A stretch of 45,309 nucleotides of DNA from Conexivisphaerales archaeon (GTDB lineage Archaea > Thermoproteota > Nitrososphaeria > Conexivisphaerales > DTJL01): positions 1 through 45,309 of the forward strand of contig JBEKZX010000009.1 of assembly GCA_049509455.1 (NCBI GenBank), in the 5' to 3' direction. Below are positions 1 through 9,387 of the stretch, piece after piece. A program made the position numbers and the translations under genes. The notes beneath the pieces were generated by a model, which ran no database searches, had not been told where the DNA came from, and worked only from the letters and a program-made list of their open reading frames with translations. Position 1 is the stretch's first letter. Each line of letters starts with the position of its first letter.

Positions 1-631
1 AGGCTATGAGCTTAGACGCGACCAGGGGGCCGAGCCCGTCGCCTATAGTTTCGCCCTTGCTAAACGAGCCCATGGAGGAATAGTAGGCGTCGGCGGTATC
101 CATCAGCTGAGGGAGGTTCATCTGGAGCATGACCACGGAGAATAGGTCGTGATCCTTCTTCGCCGACGTGTAGAGGTGCCGGACGTATCTGTACAGGTAA
201 TCGAGGGCCATGCCCACCTCCACCAAGTTGGAGAGGTTCTGCCGGGTGGTCTTGTCGGCTTTCGGCGTCAGAGAGGCCACTCTGGCCTTGAAATAGTTCT
301 CATAGGTCCTGAGGATGCGGTCCAACTTGAAAACGAGGCCACTGGGGTCCATGCTGACCGGCTCTATCATAATGGAGGTCATCAGCCGGTCGACGTCGCC
401 CTTGATGGTGGCCTCGTCGCTTCCGTACTTGCCCAGCTCTTCGCGAAGCCTAGTCTTGGATCCCTCCTTCATCCCTTCGAGCTTCCGGAGGTCGCCTCCG
501 ATCTTGCGCATGCTGAAGTAAATCTGGAGCCTGGCTCCGTAAACGAAAAGAACGGCGAACGATAAGACATAGATAAGCGTGTAAGCGTAAGTTGTCCAAG
601 CACTTGTCGACAGCTGGAATGGTACTAGCAT
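1..631 (-). CDS. DUF1512-family archaeal protein; partial, runs off the window edge
   Basis: Not in the ORF track. Open frame from ATG 631 (MLVPFQLSTSAWTTYAYTLIYVLSFAVLFVYG...IMIEPVSMDPSGLV...KGETIGDGLGPLVA) with an N-terminal TM helix; EPVSMDP and IGDGLGPLVA motifs recalled for DUF1512; AGGAG upstream. Confidence 0.75.
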   Translation of the reverse strand, partial: MLVPFQLSTSAWTTYAYTLIYVLSFAVLFVYGARLQIYFSMRKIGGDLRKLEGMKEGSKTRLREELGKYGSDEATIKGDVDRLMTSIMIEPVSMDPSGLVFKLDRILRTYENYFKARVASLTPKADKTTRQNLSNLVEVGMALDYLYRYVRHLYTSAKKDHDLFSVVMLQMNLPQLMDTADAYYSSMGSFSKGETIGDGLGPLVASKLIA

Positions 632-664
632 CGCTGGTAGCCACTCCTGACCTGATATCTCCTC

Positions 665-671
665 TTTAAAA
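665..671 (-). promoter_or_regulatory. TATA-like box for the DUF1512 gene
   Basis: TTTTAAA on the minus strand, about 34 nt upstream of ATG 631. Confidence 0.45.
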
Positions 672-691
672 GTATTGCAGGGCTTCCCGGC

Positions 692-2095
692 CTAGAAGGT
701 CTCGACCTTCATCCAGACCGTACCCCCCTTCCTGTCGACGAGCCTCACCTTCCTGGCCGAAAGCTCGTTGCGTATCCCGTCCGCCTCCTTGAACATCCCC
801 TTCGCCCTGAAGTCGGCACGCGAAGCAATCAGCGCGGAGACTTCCGCCACCTCCTGCGCGCTTGGAACGGGGAGCGCGAATCCCAGCGTTGGGAACATCA
901 GGTCGAAGTAGGAGCCCACAGTCTTTGATGCGTCGGGCCCCAGCCTATTCTGCGACGACAGCCTGTTGACCAAGCGAGACAGGTTGACCAGCTCGGCCAG
1001 CGCCGCCGGAGTGTCGACGTCGTCCGATATCGCCCTATCGAAGGCGGACAACGAGGCTTCGAGTTCGGCCGAAGGGGCCTCTCTGTCGGTCCCAGCCGGA
1101 TGGAGGAGTTCGTAGGCGGCCCCTTCGATGACGGCCCAATTGGAGTTGCTATTTCTGACGGCCTCCTCCGTGAAAGCGACCTGGTTCCTGTATCGGTTGG
1201 ACAACAAGAAGTAGCGGAGCGTGTTGGGACCCCATCTCGACACCGCTTCCCTGACCCCTATCACGTTGCCTAGCGACTTCGACATCTTCTCGTTGGAGAG
1301 GTTGAGGAGACCCACATGAATCCAAATCCGGGCCAGAGGCTTCCCCGTAAGGGTCTCCGACTGAGCGATCTCGTTCTCGTGATGAGGGAAAAGGAGGTCC
1401 TCACCTCCTCCATGGATGTCCAGCGGCTCCCCAAGGTACTTGTGCACCATGGCTGAACACTCGATGTGCCATCCGGGGCGCCCTCGGCCCCAGGGGCTGT
1501 CCCAAGAGGGATCCGAATCGGAAAACTTCCAGAGGGCGAAGTCGGCCGGGTTCCTCTTCGCGGGGTCGGGCTCTATCCTCGCGCCAGCTTCCAGCTCCTC
1601 CGTGTTCACCTTCGAGAGCTTCCCGTAGCCAGGGAACTTCGATACGTCGAAGTAGACCCCGGTCCGAGCCGGATATGCCGCCCCCTTCTGGAGGAGGCCG
1701 CCGATGAAGTCCAGGATTTCCCTGATGTTCTCCGTGGCCCTGGGGTAAAGGTCTGCCCTCTCGACGTTCAAGAGCCCAAAGTCGTCGAAGTACCCCTTGA
1801 TGTTCTCCTCCGCCAGGCTGAGGGGTGAAACGCCGAGGACCTTGGCCCTGTCTATGATCTTGTCATCAACGTCGGTGAAGTTCTGAGCCACGGTCACTTT
1901 GAAGCCCTTCCCCTTCAAGACCCGCCTCAGCACGTCGAAGAAGACGAAGCTCTTGGCGTGACCTATGTGGGCGTAAGAGTAGACGGTGAGCCCGCAGACG
2001 TAGATCCTGACCTCCTTCTTGGAGGCGAGGTCCAGACTCACCCTCTCTCCGGTCAGAGTGTCCTTGAGGCTGATCGAAGGGCCCAGCGAAGGCAT
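692..2095 (-). CDS. cysS: Cysteine--tRNA ligase
   Basis: CGLTVY, HIGH, DFALWK, GRPGWHIECSAM, HHENE and KMSKS motifs. Confidence 0.98.
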   Translation of the reverse strand: MPSLGPSISLKDTLTGERVSLDLASKKEVRIYVCGLTVYSYAHIGHAKSFVFFDVLRRVLKGKGFKVTVAQNFTDVDDKIIDRAKVLGVSPLSLAEENIKGYFDDFGLLNVERADLYPRATENIREILDFIGGLLQKGAAYPARTGVYFDVSKFPGYGKLSKVNTEELEAGARIEPDPAKRNPADFALWKFSDSDPSWDSPWGRGRPGWHIECSAMVHKYLGEPLDIHGGGEDLLFPHHENEIAQSETLTGKPLARIWIHVGLLNLSNEKMSKSLGNVIGVREAVSRWGPNTLRYFLLSNRYRNQVAFTEEAVRNSNSNWAVIEGAAYELLHPAGTDREAPSAELEASLSAFDRAISDDVDTPAALAELVNLSRLVNRLSSQNRLGPDASKTVGSYFDLMFPTLGFALPVPSAQEVAEVSALIASRADFRAKGMFKEADGIRNELSARKVRLVDRKGGTVWMKVETF

Positions 2096-2158
2096 ATGAA
2101 TGGTTAGAGGAAGGCGGGGATTAAACGTTTGCCCGTCCGGGCAGGCGACGGATATGTT

Positions 2159-3700
2159 CTAGTAACCGTAGAGTTCGGAGCACTTCGCGTCAAGGTAGTC
2201 GATGTAGTGCCTGACGTTGATGCCCTCCCCCGTGATCTTCTTGAGCAGGTCGAGAGGGTCGTAGAGGTTGCCGTAGGCGTAGAGGTTCTTGCTCAGCCAA
2301 TTCCTCACCGGGCTGAACTCGCCCTTCGAAATGCTCGCCCGCCACTCCGGCAGCTCGGCTTCCAGGATGTGCCTGATCTGGCCGCCGTAGATGTTGCCCA
2401 GAGCGTAGGACGGGAAGTAGCCGTAGAGGCCGCTGGCCCAGTGAGTGTCCTGCATCACTCCCTCTGAATCGTTGTCAATCTTCAGGCCAAGGTACTCTCC
2501 GTACTTCTCGTTCCACACGGTGGGAAGCTCGGCGACCGAAATCTTCCCTGCGAACAGGTCGCGCTCGATCTCGAAGCGGACGATGATGTGGAAGCCGTAT
2601 GTCACTTCGTCGGACTCGATCCTGATCTTCGACGGCTGGACGGCGTTGATGGCCTTCACGAAGGGCCCCAGCTCCACCCCTGAGAAGGCGCCGCCCGTCA
2701 TGGCCTTGAGAGTGGGCAGATAATAGGTCCAGAACTCCTTGGATCGCCCCACCATGTTCTCAACGAACCTTGACTGCGATTCGTGGAAGCCGAAGGAGCA
2801 TGCAGAACCGACCGGCTGGAACATCCAATCCCGAGGGAGGTTCTGCTCGTATGTCGCATGCCCGGCCTCGTGAAGGACAGAGAAGATGGAGGATGTGGGA
2901 AGGCCCTCGTAGTAGTGGGTGGTGATTCGGACGTCGTCGTAATAGCCGGTTGTGAAGGGATGCTCCGTCTCATCGACGCGCCCTCCCGCTCGCTTTGAAT
3001 CGACGTCATAGAGAAGGAAGTTGGACAAGGAGACGGCAATCTCCCGCTGCTCTTCGACCGGAACCCGCCGACGAAGGAGGTTCGCATCAGGCTGATCGCG
3101 CGAGGCGAGGCATTTGTCCATCACGGCCTTTATCCCCTTCCTCAGATCGCTGAACACGGGGGATATCAAAGCGGACGTCATCTTCGGCTCAAACCTGTCG
3201 ACGAGGGCGTCGTAGGCGGTCTCGGTCCGCTTGACGTCCTTCAGTATGGAAGCCGCTTCCTTCGATAGGTCGACCAGCTTCTGCAGCTCTGGCTTGAAGG
3301 CCCCGAAATCTTTAGCCGCCTTCGCCTTCTTCCAGACGTCAATCGTGAGTGCCCTCTGTCGAGCCATTTCGGTGACCAGTCGCTCGGGGAGCTTGGTCTC
3401 TTCGTCGTAACCCTTTCGAAGTAGTGTTACGTTTCTCCGCTGGACATCGGAAAGGTTCGCGAACGCGCTGTCTTTCTCGACGCCCCCCAACAGTTCGCCA
3501 ATCCTCGGGTTGATGACCATCCTGTGGGCCACCTGGCTCATCAGCGAAAGTTGCTCGCTCCTGAGACGGATGCCCCGAGGAGGCATCTTGGTTTCAAGAT
3601 CCCACTCGACAAGAGCTTGAGTTGTGGCCAGAACAATGTAGTCCTTGGAGAGGGACAGGAGCTCATCATACATTCCTTGTAGAGTGACTAGGTCGACCAA
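2159..3700 (-). CDS. Thermostable carboxypeptidase, M32 (Taq) family
   Basis: HPF, HEAGH (HExxH), HESQS, SKIRIESDE and QDTHW...GYFPSY motifs. Start uncertain: TTG 3724, TTG 3700 or ATG 3673. Confidence 0.95.
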   Translation of the reverse strand: MVDLVTLQGMYDELLSLSKDYIVLATTQALVEWDLETKMPPRGIRLRSEQLSLMSQVAHRMVINPRIGELLGGVEKDSAFANLSDVQRRNVTLLRKGYDEETKLPERLVTEMARQRALTIDVWKKAKAAKDFGAFKPELQKLVDLSKEAASILKDVKRTETAYDALVDRFEPKMTSALISPVFSDLRKGIKAVMDKCLASRDQPDANLLRRRVPVEEQREIAVSLSNFLLYDVDSKRAGGRVDETEHPFTTGYYDDVRITTHYYEGLPTSSIFSVLHEAGHATYEQNLPRDWMFQPVGSACSFGFHESQSRFVENMVGRSKEFWTYYLPTLKAMTGGAFSGVELGPFVKAINAVQPSKIRIESDEVTYGFHIIVRFEIERDLFAGKISVAELPTVWNEKYGEYLGLKIDNDSEGVMQDTHWASGLYGYFPSYALGNIYGGQIRHILEAELPEWRASISKGEFSPVRNWLSKNLYAYGNLYDPLDLLKKITGEGINVRHYIDYLDAKCSELYGY

Positions 3701-3801
3701 TGTGTCGCCCCTCAAGACAGTCAAGCCAGTCGATAATAAACCTATGACCGAAGAGAACGACTGTAGATGCCAAACAGGAAGCGCCCGGCGAGTGCTTACG
3801 A

Positions 3802-4314
3802 ATGAGCCTGCGGCCTAGGCGCGTCAGGCACGAGATCGACCTCATCGCCGTGGCGAAGGGCAATGCGACCATGGTCGAATGCAAGTACCACAACTACAAG
3901 GGGGTGTTCACTGGTCTGAAGGAAGCCATGTACACCTACGCCCGCCTCCTGGACATCCGAGAGGGGTACGCCATTGACCATCTCGGCGCCAAAATAGAGA
4001 AGGCTATGCTCGTGACGAACACCAAATTCTCGGAGGACGCGATAACTTTCTCCAGCTGCAGGGACATCGAGCTCCTAGGCTGGCATCACCCGGAGAGGAA
4101 CGGGCTCGAGAGGATAATCGACACCGGAAGGCTCTACCCCATCACGACCCTCCATAGTCTGGAGGCCGATGAGACGGCTGCGCTGGCCAAGTGCGGCCTG
4201 ATTCTGGTCCGCGACCTCCTCCGTTTCAACCTGGGTGACATCTCGGAGAAGACCGGCATCTCCGGTCACAGGCTCGGAGGGCTCTCCGGCCAGGCTCGCG
4301 ATCTCCTGGGTTGA
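3802..4314 (+). CDS. PD-(D/E)xK restriction-endonuclease-like (Mrr-type) protein, N-terminally short
   Basis: HEIDLIA...VECKYH catalytic motif; LVTNTKFS and YPITTL motifs of the archaeal ATP-cone/Mrr-like family. Confidence 0.75.
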   Translation: MSLRPRRVRHEIDLIAVAKGNATMVECKYHNYKGVFTGLKEAMYTYARLLDIREGYAIDHLGAKIEKAMLVTNTKFSEDAITFSSCRDIELLGWHHPERNGLERIIDTGRLYPITTLHSLEADETAALAKCGLILVRDLLRFNLGDISEKTGISGHRLGGLSGQARDLLG

Positions 4315-4339
4315 CTAGGGAGATCAGGACAATGGATAA

Positions 4340-5395
4340 ATGAGCGAACGCCGTCTCACGCACCTGCACTTGCAACCGGATCACCCTAGAGTCGAAGCGG
4401 CTTTCTGGAGGGAGGCGGAGGGACGGAGGACCAAGTGCTACCTCTGCCCCAGGTTCTGCTCCGTCCCCGAGGGAAGCGTGGGCTTCTGCGGAGTGAGGGG
4501 TAACTTCGGCGGGAAGATGTACGCGTTGAGCTACGGCCGCCTGACGGCTTGCGCCGTGGACCCCATAGAGAAGAAGCCTCTCTTCCATTTCAAGCCGGGG
4601 AGCCACGTACTGTCGATATCGACCGCGGGTTGCAGTTTCGCTTGCCAGTTCTGCCAGAACTTCGAAATTAGCCAAAGGCGACGAGTGGAGGAAGGATACA
4701 CCGGGCCGGAGGAGGTGGTCGATTCCGCCCTTGAGCTGGGTGCCGACGGAATCACCGGCACCTACAACGAGCCCACCACTCAGATTGAATACCTATTGGA
4801 CGTCATGAAGCTGGCAAGGAAGAAGGGGCTCTTCACCACATGGGTCTCCAACGGATACATGACGCCGGAGGCGGTGGAGGCCCTCGCCCCCCACCTCGAC
4901 GCCATTACGGTCGACTTCAAGGGGAACGCCAACGTGCAGTTCTACAGGAAGTACATCTACGTGCCTTCGCCTGCGCCGATATTCGACGCCATAAGGGAGC
5001 TTCAGGCCAGGAAGGTGCATGTGGAAGTGACCAACCTCGCGGTGCCGGTGCCGGAAGGTAGCGACTTGGGGGATGTGAAGAAGATTGCAGACTTCCTCCT
5101 GGACGTCCAGGGAGAAGACGCTTCGTTCCATCTCCTGGCCTTCCATCCCGACTACAAGATGCTCAACGTCCCAGCCTCCCCTCCGGAGATGCTCCTAAAG
5201 ATGTATGCGATCGCAAAGGAGGCAGGCATAAAATACGTCTACATCGGGAACGTGGGGGAGGACAAATACGAAACGACGTTCTGCCCAGTATGCTCCACTG
5301 CCGTGGTGGTCCGCAGCATCTTAGGCGTCAAGAAGAACGTCCTGAAAGGGAGCAGCTGCCCCACCTGCGGCTTCCGGCTCCCTATAGTCACTTAG
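4340..5395 (+). CDS. amrS: AmmeMemoRadiSam-system radical SAM enzyme (PFL-activase-like)
   Basis: N-terminal CYLCPRFC, DPIEKKPLFHFKPG, CxxxCxxC (CSFACQFC), TYNEP, C-terminal CPVC/CPTC. Confidence 0.9.
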   Translation: MSERRLTHLHLQPDHPRVEAAFWREAEGRRTKCYLCPRFCSVPEGSVGFCGVRGNFGGKMYALSYGRLTACAVDPIEKKPLFHFKPGSHVLSISTAGCSFACQFCQNFEISQRRRVEEGYTGPEEVVDSALELGADGITGTYNEPTTQIEYLLDVMKLARKKGLFTTWVSNGYMTPEAVEALAPHLDAITVDFKGNANVQFYRKYIYVPSPAPIFDAIRELQARKVHVEVTNLAVPVPEGSDLGDVKKIADFLLDVQGEDASFHLLAFHPDYKMLNVPASPPEMLLKMYAIAKEAGIKYVYIGNVGEDKYETTFCPVCSTAVVVRSILGVKKNVLKGSSCPTCGFRLPIVT

Positions 5396-6341
5396 GTTGG
5401 CGCTTCCTCTTGGAGTAGAGCCCTGCTAACGCCAGGGCCTTCTCGACGACTTCGCCGGGGGTCCTCCCAAGGACGTAAGCCGACGCTTCTAGGCCTATGC
5501 CGCCCGATTCGACAAGAAGGTCCGGAGGGCCCTCCAACCTGGACGCCGCCTCCGTTATCTTCTTCGAGAACTGAACGATACCACGGTCTGCCTCTCCGGC
5601 GGCCAAAGAGAGGCTCCGCCAACCGAGGCCCGATGCGACCTCGGCCAACGTTGCGTCGTACTTGACGTTGAGGCCGCTGCCCACCTCTTTGAAAGCCCTC
5701 TTCACCGCGAGCACGATGTTGGCCGTATACCTCGACGCGCCGAAATCAGGAGGCGACGCGGCCTTGGCGCGGCCCCTGGCGCAGGCGATGCGGCCGGGAA
5801 TGCCAGCGACGTCATGCTCGTCGAGCGCCTCGGGAAGGGCCGAGACAAAGTTGGTCTGCACCTCGGGGATGAGCAAGGGGAAGCTGTTGGAAGACTCTAT
5901 AAGGCGAACGGCTTCTTCGAGCTGCCTGGTGACGGAGGACCGCGCGTCCTTCCCCCCAGTCCCGAAGAACCGCATGCACACGTCGCAGGCCTCCGGCAGG
6001 CCGGCCTCGCCACGGTGGTGCTCGCACAAGGCTCCGCCCCCGAGGGTCTCCGACACGATGTCCAGCGCCATCGAGAGGGACTCCAGGGTCCCTGCTACGC
6101 TAGCCCGGGCGTAGCGTTCCGCTTGGGCGGAGACCATTTCCTTGGGGACGCCCAGGGCGCTGGTCCTCCCCAAGTAGTAGGCTTCAGGCTTCTTCAGGTA
6201 GAGCGTGACGGATGGCTGGGTGACGCCCAGCGCCCTGGCTATCCTCGACTGGCTGAGGTCCAGCCGTCGAAGCCTGTGCGCCGCCAGGGCCCTGACCCAG
6301 GGGAGGTACTCCTTGGCGGCCATCTCAAGTGGATCCCTCAC
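5388..6341 (-). CDS. HTH plus ThiN (thiamine-phosphate synthase-like) domain protein, ThiR-type regulator
   Basis: HTH (LSQSRIARALGVTQPSVTLYL), CEHH/CDVC metal motif, LIPEVQTN...VAGIPGRI...PDFGAS ThiN domain; GTG 6341 preferred over the ORF-track start. Confidence 0.8.
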   Translation of the reverse strand: MRDPLEMAAKEYLPWVRALAAHRLRRLDLSQSRIARALGVTQPSVTLYLKKPEAYYLGRTSALGVPKEMVSAQAERYARASVAGTLESLSMALDIVSETLGGGALCEHHRGEAGLPEACDVCMRFFGTGGKDARSSVTRQLEEAVRLIESSNSFPLLIPEVQTNFVSALPEALDEHDVAGIPGRIACARGRAKAASPPDFGASRYTANIVLAVKRAFKEVGSGLNVKYDATLAEVASGLGWRSLSLAAGEADRGIVQFSKKITEAASRLEGPPDLLVESGGIGLEASAYVLGRTPGEVVEKALALAGLYSKRKRQPK

Positions 6342-6437
6342 ATTATAGGCGAACAATAAGGCGGCTAATAAGCGTGGGCACCGAGGCCTCTTGAGGCCTG
6401 CGCAGCATATATATGACGGAGGAGGAGGTTGCGGAAT

Positions 6438-7256
6438 ATGAGCCCAACCGCTGTCTTCGGGGGCAAGCAGAATCGCTTCTACGAAATAGGCGACGGCTCC
6501 GGCGGGCTCGCCATTTCCAACCTCCACTACGCGGCTGCAAAGGCGTTGGGCTTTACGCTGGCCTACATCCCCAAGAAGGTAGAGAAGGCCGGCCTATCCC
6601 AATTGTATCGCTCTCTTTGTGGCAGCGCCGCTGGGTTCACGCTTACATCCCCTTTCAAAACGGAGATAATAATGATGCTGGATGCGATCGATGACGACGC
6701 GAGCGCCATCGGCGCTTGCAACGTGATCGCCTGTGAGAAAGGCCGTTTTAAGGGGTACAACACCGACTGGGTTGCAATCAGGAACGTCCTCAAAAGGAAG
6801 GGCTTGAAGCCTGTCAGGAACAGAGCGTTGGTGATAGGGACGGGCGCGACGGCGAGGGCTTCCCTTTACTCCCTCTGGCGGCTGGGCTTCACCCGGATGA
6901 TCTTGTCAGGGAGGAACCAGGCCAGCTCAGGCGCCATAGTGAAAGGGCTCGGGTTCATAATGGGCGTCGACGCGGTTTCGTTGCCCTACCTGGAGGCTTT
7001 CAAGTCATTGGAGTTGCGTGGATTCGACGTCATCGTGAACGCAACTCCTCTCGGGAGGAAGGAGGGAGAGGACCCGACCCTGGCAGCGGCGCTGCCTGCG
7101 GATGGAACGATCCTAGACCTGGCCCTTTCATCCTCCCCAACACGGCTGGCTAAAAGGGCCGTGGAAGCCGGATGCAAAATCATAGGAGGGGAGGAGGTCG
7201 CAGCCGAAGAGGCTCTCCTGGACGTACACGTCTGGGCGGGAAGTGCGCTGCCTTGA
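6438..7256 (+). CDS. Shikimate-dehydrogenase-family oxidoreductase (divergent)
   Basis: TSPFK, IGACN, GYNTD, GTGATARA (Rossmann) and VNATPLG motifs; GGAGG SD before ATG 6438. Confidence 0.8.
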   Translation: MSPTAVFGGKQNRFYEIGDGSGGLAISNLHYAAAKALGFTLAYIPKKVEKAGLSQLYRSLCGSAAGFTLTSPFKTEIIMMLDAIDDDASAIGACNVIACEKGRFKGYNTDWVAIRNVLKRKGLKPVRNRALVIGTGATARASLYSLWRLGFTRMILSGRNQASSGAIVKGLGFIMGVDAVSLPYLEAFKSLELRGFDVIVNATPLGRKEGEDPTLAAALPADGTILDLALSSSPTRLAKRAVEAGCKIIGGEEVAAEEALLDVHVWAGSALP

Positions 7257-7293
7257 TTTTCGTTGGCGCCTACCCAGGTATCGCGAGGGGCCG

Positions 7294-7827
7294 ATGGCAC
7301 AGCTACCATTATATCCTGGCTGGGCCGCATCAAAGCCCGTGCCTTTCTCTGAAGCTTTCTTCAGCAAGCCCGTCAAAGATTACATGCGCAAGAAATTCTA
7401 CATCCTCAAGGCCGAAGAAACCGCCGCCGGGGCGGTCAAGGTGATGAAGGACAACAACCTCGGCAGCGTGGGGGTCCGGTTCGACGACGGCTCCGTTGGC
7501 ATACTTACTGACCGCGACATCCTGATGAAAGTCGTGTCAGAGTCGCTGGAACCGTCCAAGGTCAAGCTCCAGGACATCAGCGTCAGGAACCCCGTCACGG
7601 TGAATAGGGACGCCTCCCTGGGGGAGGCCCTGAAGCTCATGAGGGAAGAAGGCATCCTGCGCCTCATTGTGGTGGACGATAAGAGCAGGCCCGTGGGACT
7701 CCTCGTCGAGCGCTGGGTCTTCGCATCCTTCGTCTCCGAATACCTGGGGGACAAGGAGCCGCTTCCGAAGAGCTGGCTGGAACGGTACATCCGTGACGTG
7801 ACCGACGCGGCGCTCATGGAAGACTAG
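7294..7827 (+). CDS. CBS-domain pair protein
   Basis: Two CBS repeats (VGILTDRDIL; ILRLIVVD...PVGLL); ATG 7294 chosen as start. Confidence 0.9.
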   Translation: MAQLPLYPGWAASKPVPFSEAFFSKPVKDYMRKKFYILKAEETAAGAVKVMKDNNLGSVGVRFDDGSVGILTDRDILMKVVSESLEPSKVKLQDISVRNPVTVNRDASLGEALKLMREEGILRLIVVDDKSRPVGLLVERWVFASFVSEYLGDKEPLPKSWLERYIRDVTDAALMED

Positions 7828-9239
7828 TGGAAGAAGGCCGTAAGCCAGACTTGCGCGACCAGTGTCGGAAGGACGCCGCCCAGGATTCCCACCCAGAGCC
7901 ATTTGAAGAACTTCATATGATAGTTGAACTTCTTCTCCAGCATCCCAAGCGCCACTATGTTGGCGGTGCTGCCGATCATGGTTATGTTTCCCCCGTAGAC
8001 CCCTCCGAAGAGCAGGGCGAAGGACAGAGGGGTACTCTTGTAGCCTATGGCCACCAGGCTCTGCACCACCGGTATCAGAGCTGCCACCAGGACCACGTTG
8101 TCAAGGACGGAAGAAGCGCCGCATGCCAGCCACAGGACTATGCTCTGGATCTGAACCTGCGACCTCGCGACCGAGGCTATGCCGCTGGCCAGCCTGTCCG
8201 TTAGACCGGTGAACTTGAGGGCACCTGCCTTTGCGAAGAGAAACATGAAGAAGACTAGGGACCACCAGTCGACGCCCCTCTCCACGATTTGTCGCGCGGT
8301 CGCCCGCTTCCAGAAGAGGCCTGCTGCCGCTCCCAGGAAGGAGAAGACCAGGAGGAGCGTGTCCTTCTCGAGCCCGAAGATCGGCTCGAGTTGAGCGTGG
8401 AGAGCGATGAAGAAGATGGTCCCAAAGAGGATCACGCCGCTTATCTTGACATCTTTCATCCTGTCCTGGCCGATGGTCTCCAGGACATCGGCGCTTGTAG
8501 CCCCGTTCATCTTCGCCAGAACCTTGACCTTGGCTTCCGCAAGAGGCTTCCTGTACCAGAGAGGAAGGATGGCAATCAGCAGCAGCAGGGACATCAACGC
8601 CACCGGAGTGGCCCACATCAGGAAGTCCACGAAAGTGAGGCTCCCCCTCAGGGCGATCAGTATCCCTATGGGGTTCCCCAGCACCGTGGCGGAGCTGCCC
8701 ACGTTGGTCGCGAGGACGGCCGAGATCACGTAGGGGAGCGGGTCGATGTCGAAGTACTTGCAGTACTCGAAGATGATGGCGATTATGAAGAGGATGGAGG
8801 TGACCTCATCCACCATGGCAGCCATGAGCGTCGACATCGCAAGGAGGACTATCAGGACCTTCCTGGGATCATACTTCGTCGCCTTGAGCAGCTTGTCCAG
8901 GATCCAGATGAACAGGCCGCTTTCCTTAGCGATGTCCACCAAGATCATCATGCCGATGAGGAAGCAGATTACGTCGATGTTCATGAATTGAATCATTTCA
9001 GTGATGTCCAGGGTCGACGTCGCCAGGAGGGCCGAGATGCCTACAAAGGCGATGGCCAGCCTAAAGCGCCAGAACATCAGCGTCCCGATGACGGTCGCGA
9101 TGAAAATCGTGCCCGCCATGGTCTGCTTGAAGTTGCCCAGCATGAGCCAGAGGACGGCCCCTACGAATGCCACGGCGACGATATATATCACGGCGTCACG
9201 CGCGGTGCCAACCGGTCCGCCGGCGTCTTCTGACGTCAA
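7824..9239 (-). CDS. ArsB/NhaD (SLC13/CitMHS-like) anion permease
   Basis: About 12 TM helices; DEVTSIL, TNVGSSATVLGNP, SVLDNV and GNITMIGSTANIV motifs. Confidence 0.9.
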   Translation of the reverse strand: MTSEDAGGPVGTARDAVIYIVAVAFVGAVLWLMLGNFKQTMAGTIFIATVIGTLMFWRFRLAIAFVGISALLATSTLDITEMIQFMNIDVICFLIGMMILVDIAKESGLFIWILDKLLKATKYDPRKVLIVLLAMSTLMAAMVDEVTSILFIIAIIFEYCKYFDIDPLPYVISAVLATNVGSSATVLGNPIGILIALRGSLTFVDFLMWATPVALMSLLLLIAILPLWYRKPLAEAKVKVLAKMNGATSADVLETIGQDRMKDVKISGVILFGTIFFIALHAQLEPIFGLEKDTLLLVFSFLGAAAGLFWKRATARQIVERGVDWWSLVFFMFLFAKAGALKFTGLTDRLASGIASVARSQVQIQSIVLWLACGASSVLDNVVLVAALIPVVQSLVAIGYKSTPLSFALLFGGVYGGNITMIGSTANIVALGMLEKKFNYHMKFFKWLWVGILGGVLPTLVAQVWLTAFFH

Positions 9240-9387
9240 GTCCCTAGGGCCCCCCTTTCAATAATCCATGCTCTGAAGCTATGGACCGTAAGAACACAAC
9301 TCATCGAGCATGCATGAGCCGTCTATAAGTATTGCTGCAGGGGGCTGTGCATACGCCATCTTTCAATCCTCCGCGCGGACCTTGGAA

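Noticed and set aside
8289-9233. Long antisense ORFs in the track (for example 8289-9233, 27595-28686, 34018-34947, 31000-31824)
   Set aside because: Shadow ORFs opposite well-supported genes, expected in high-GC DNA
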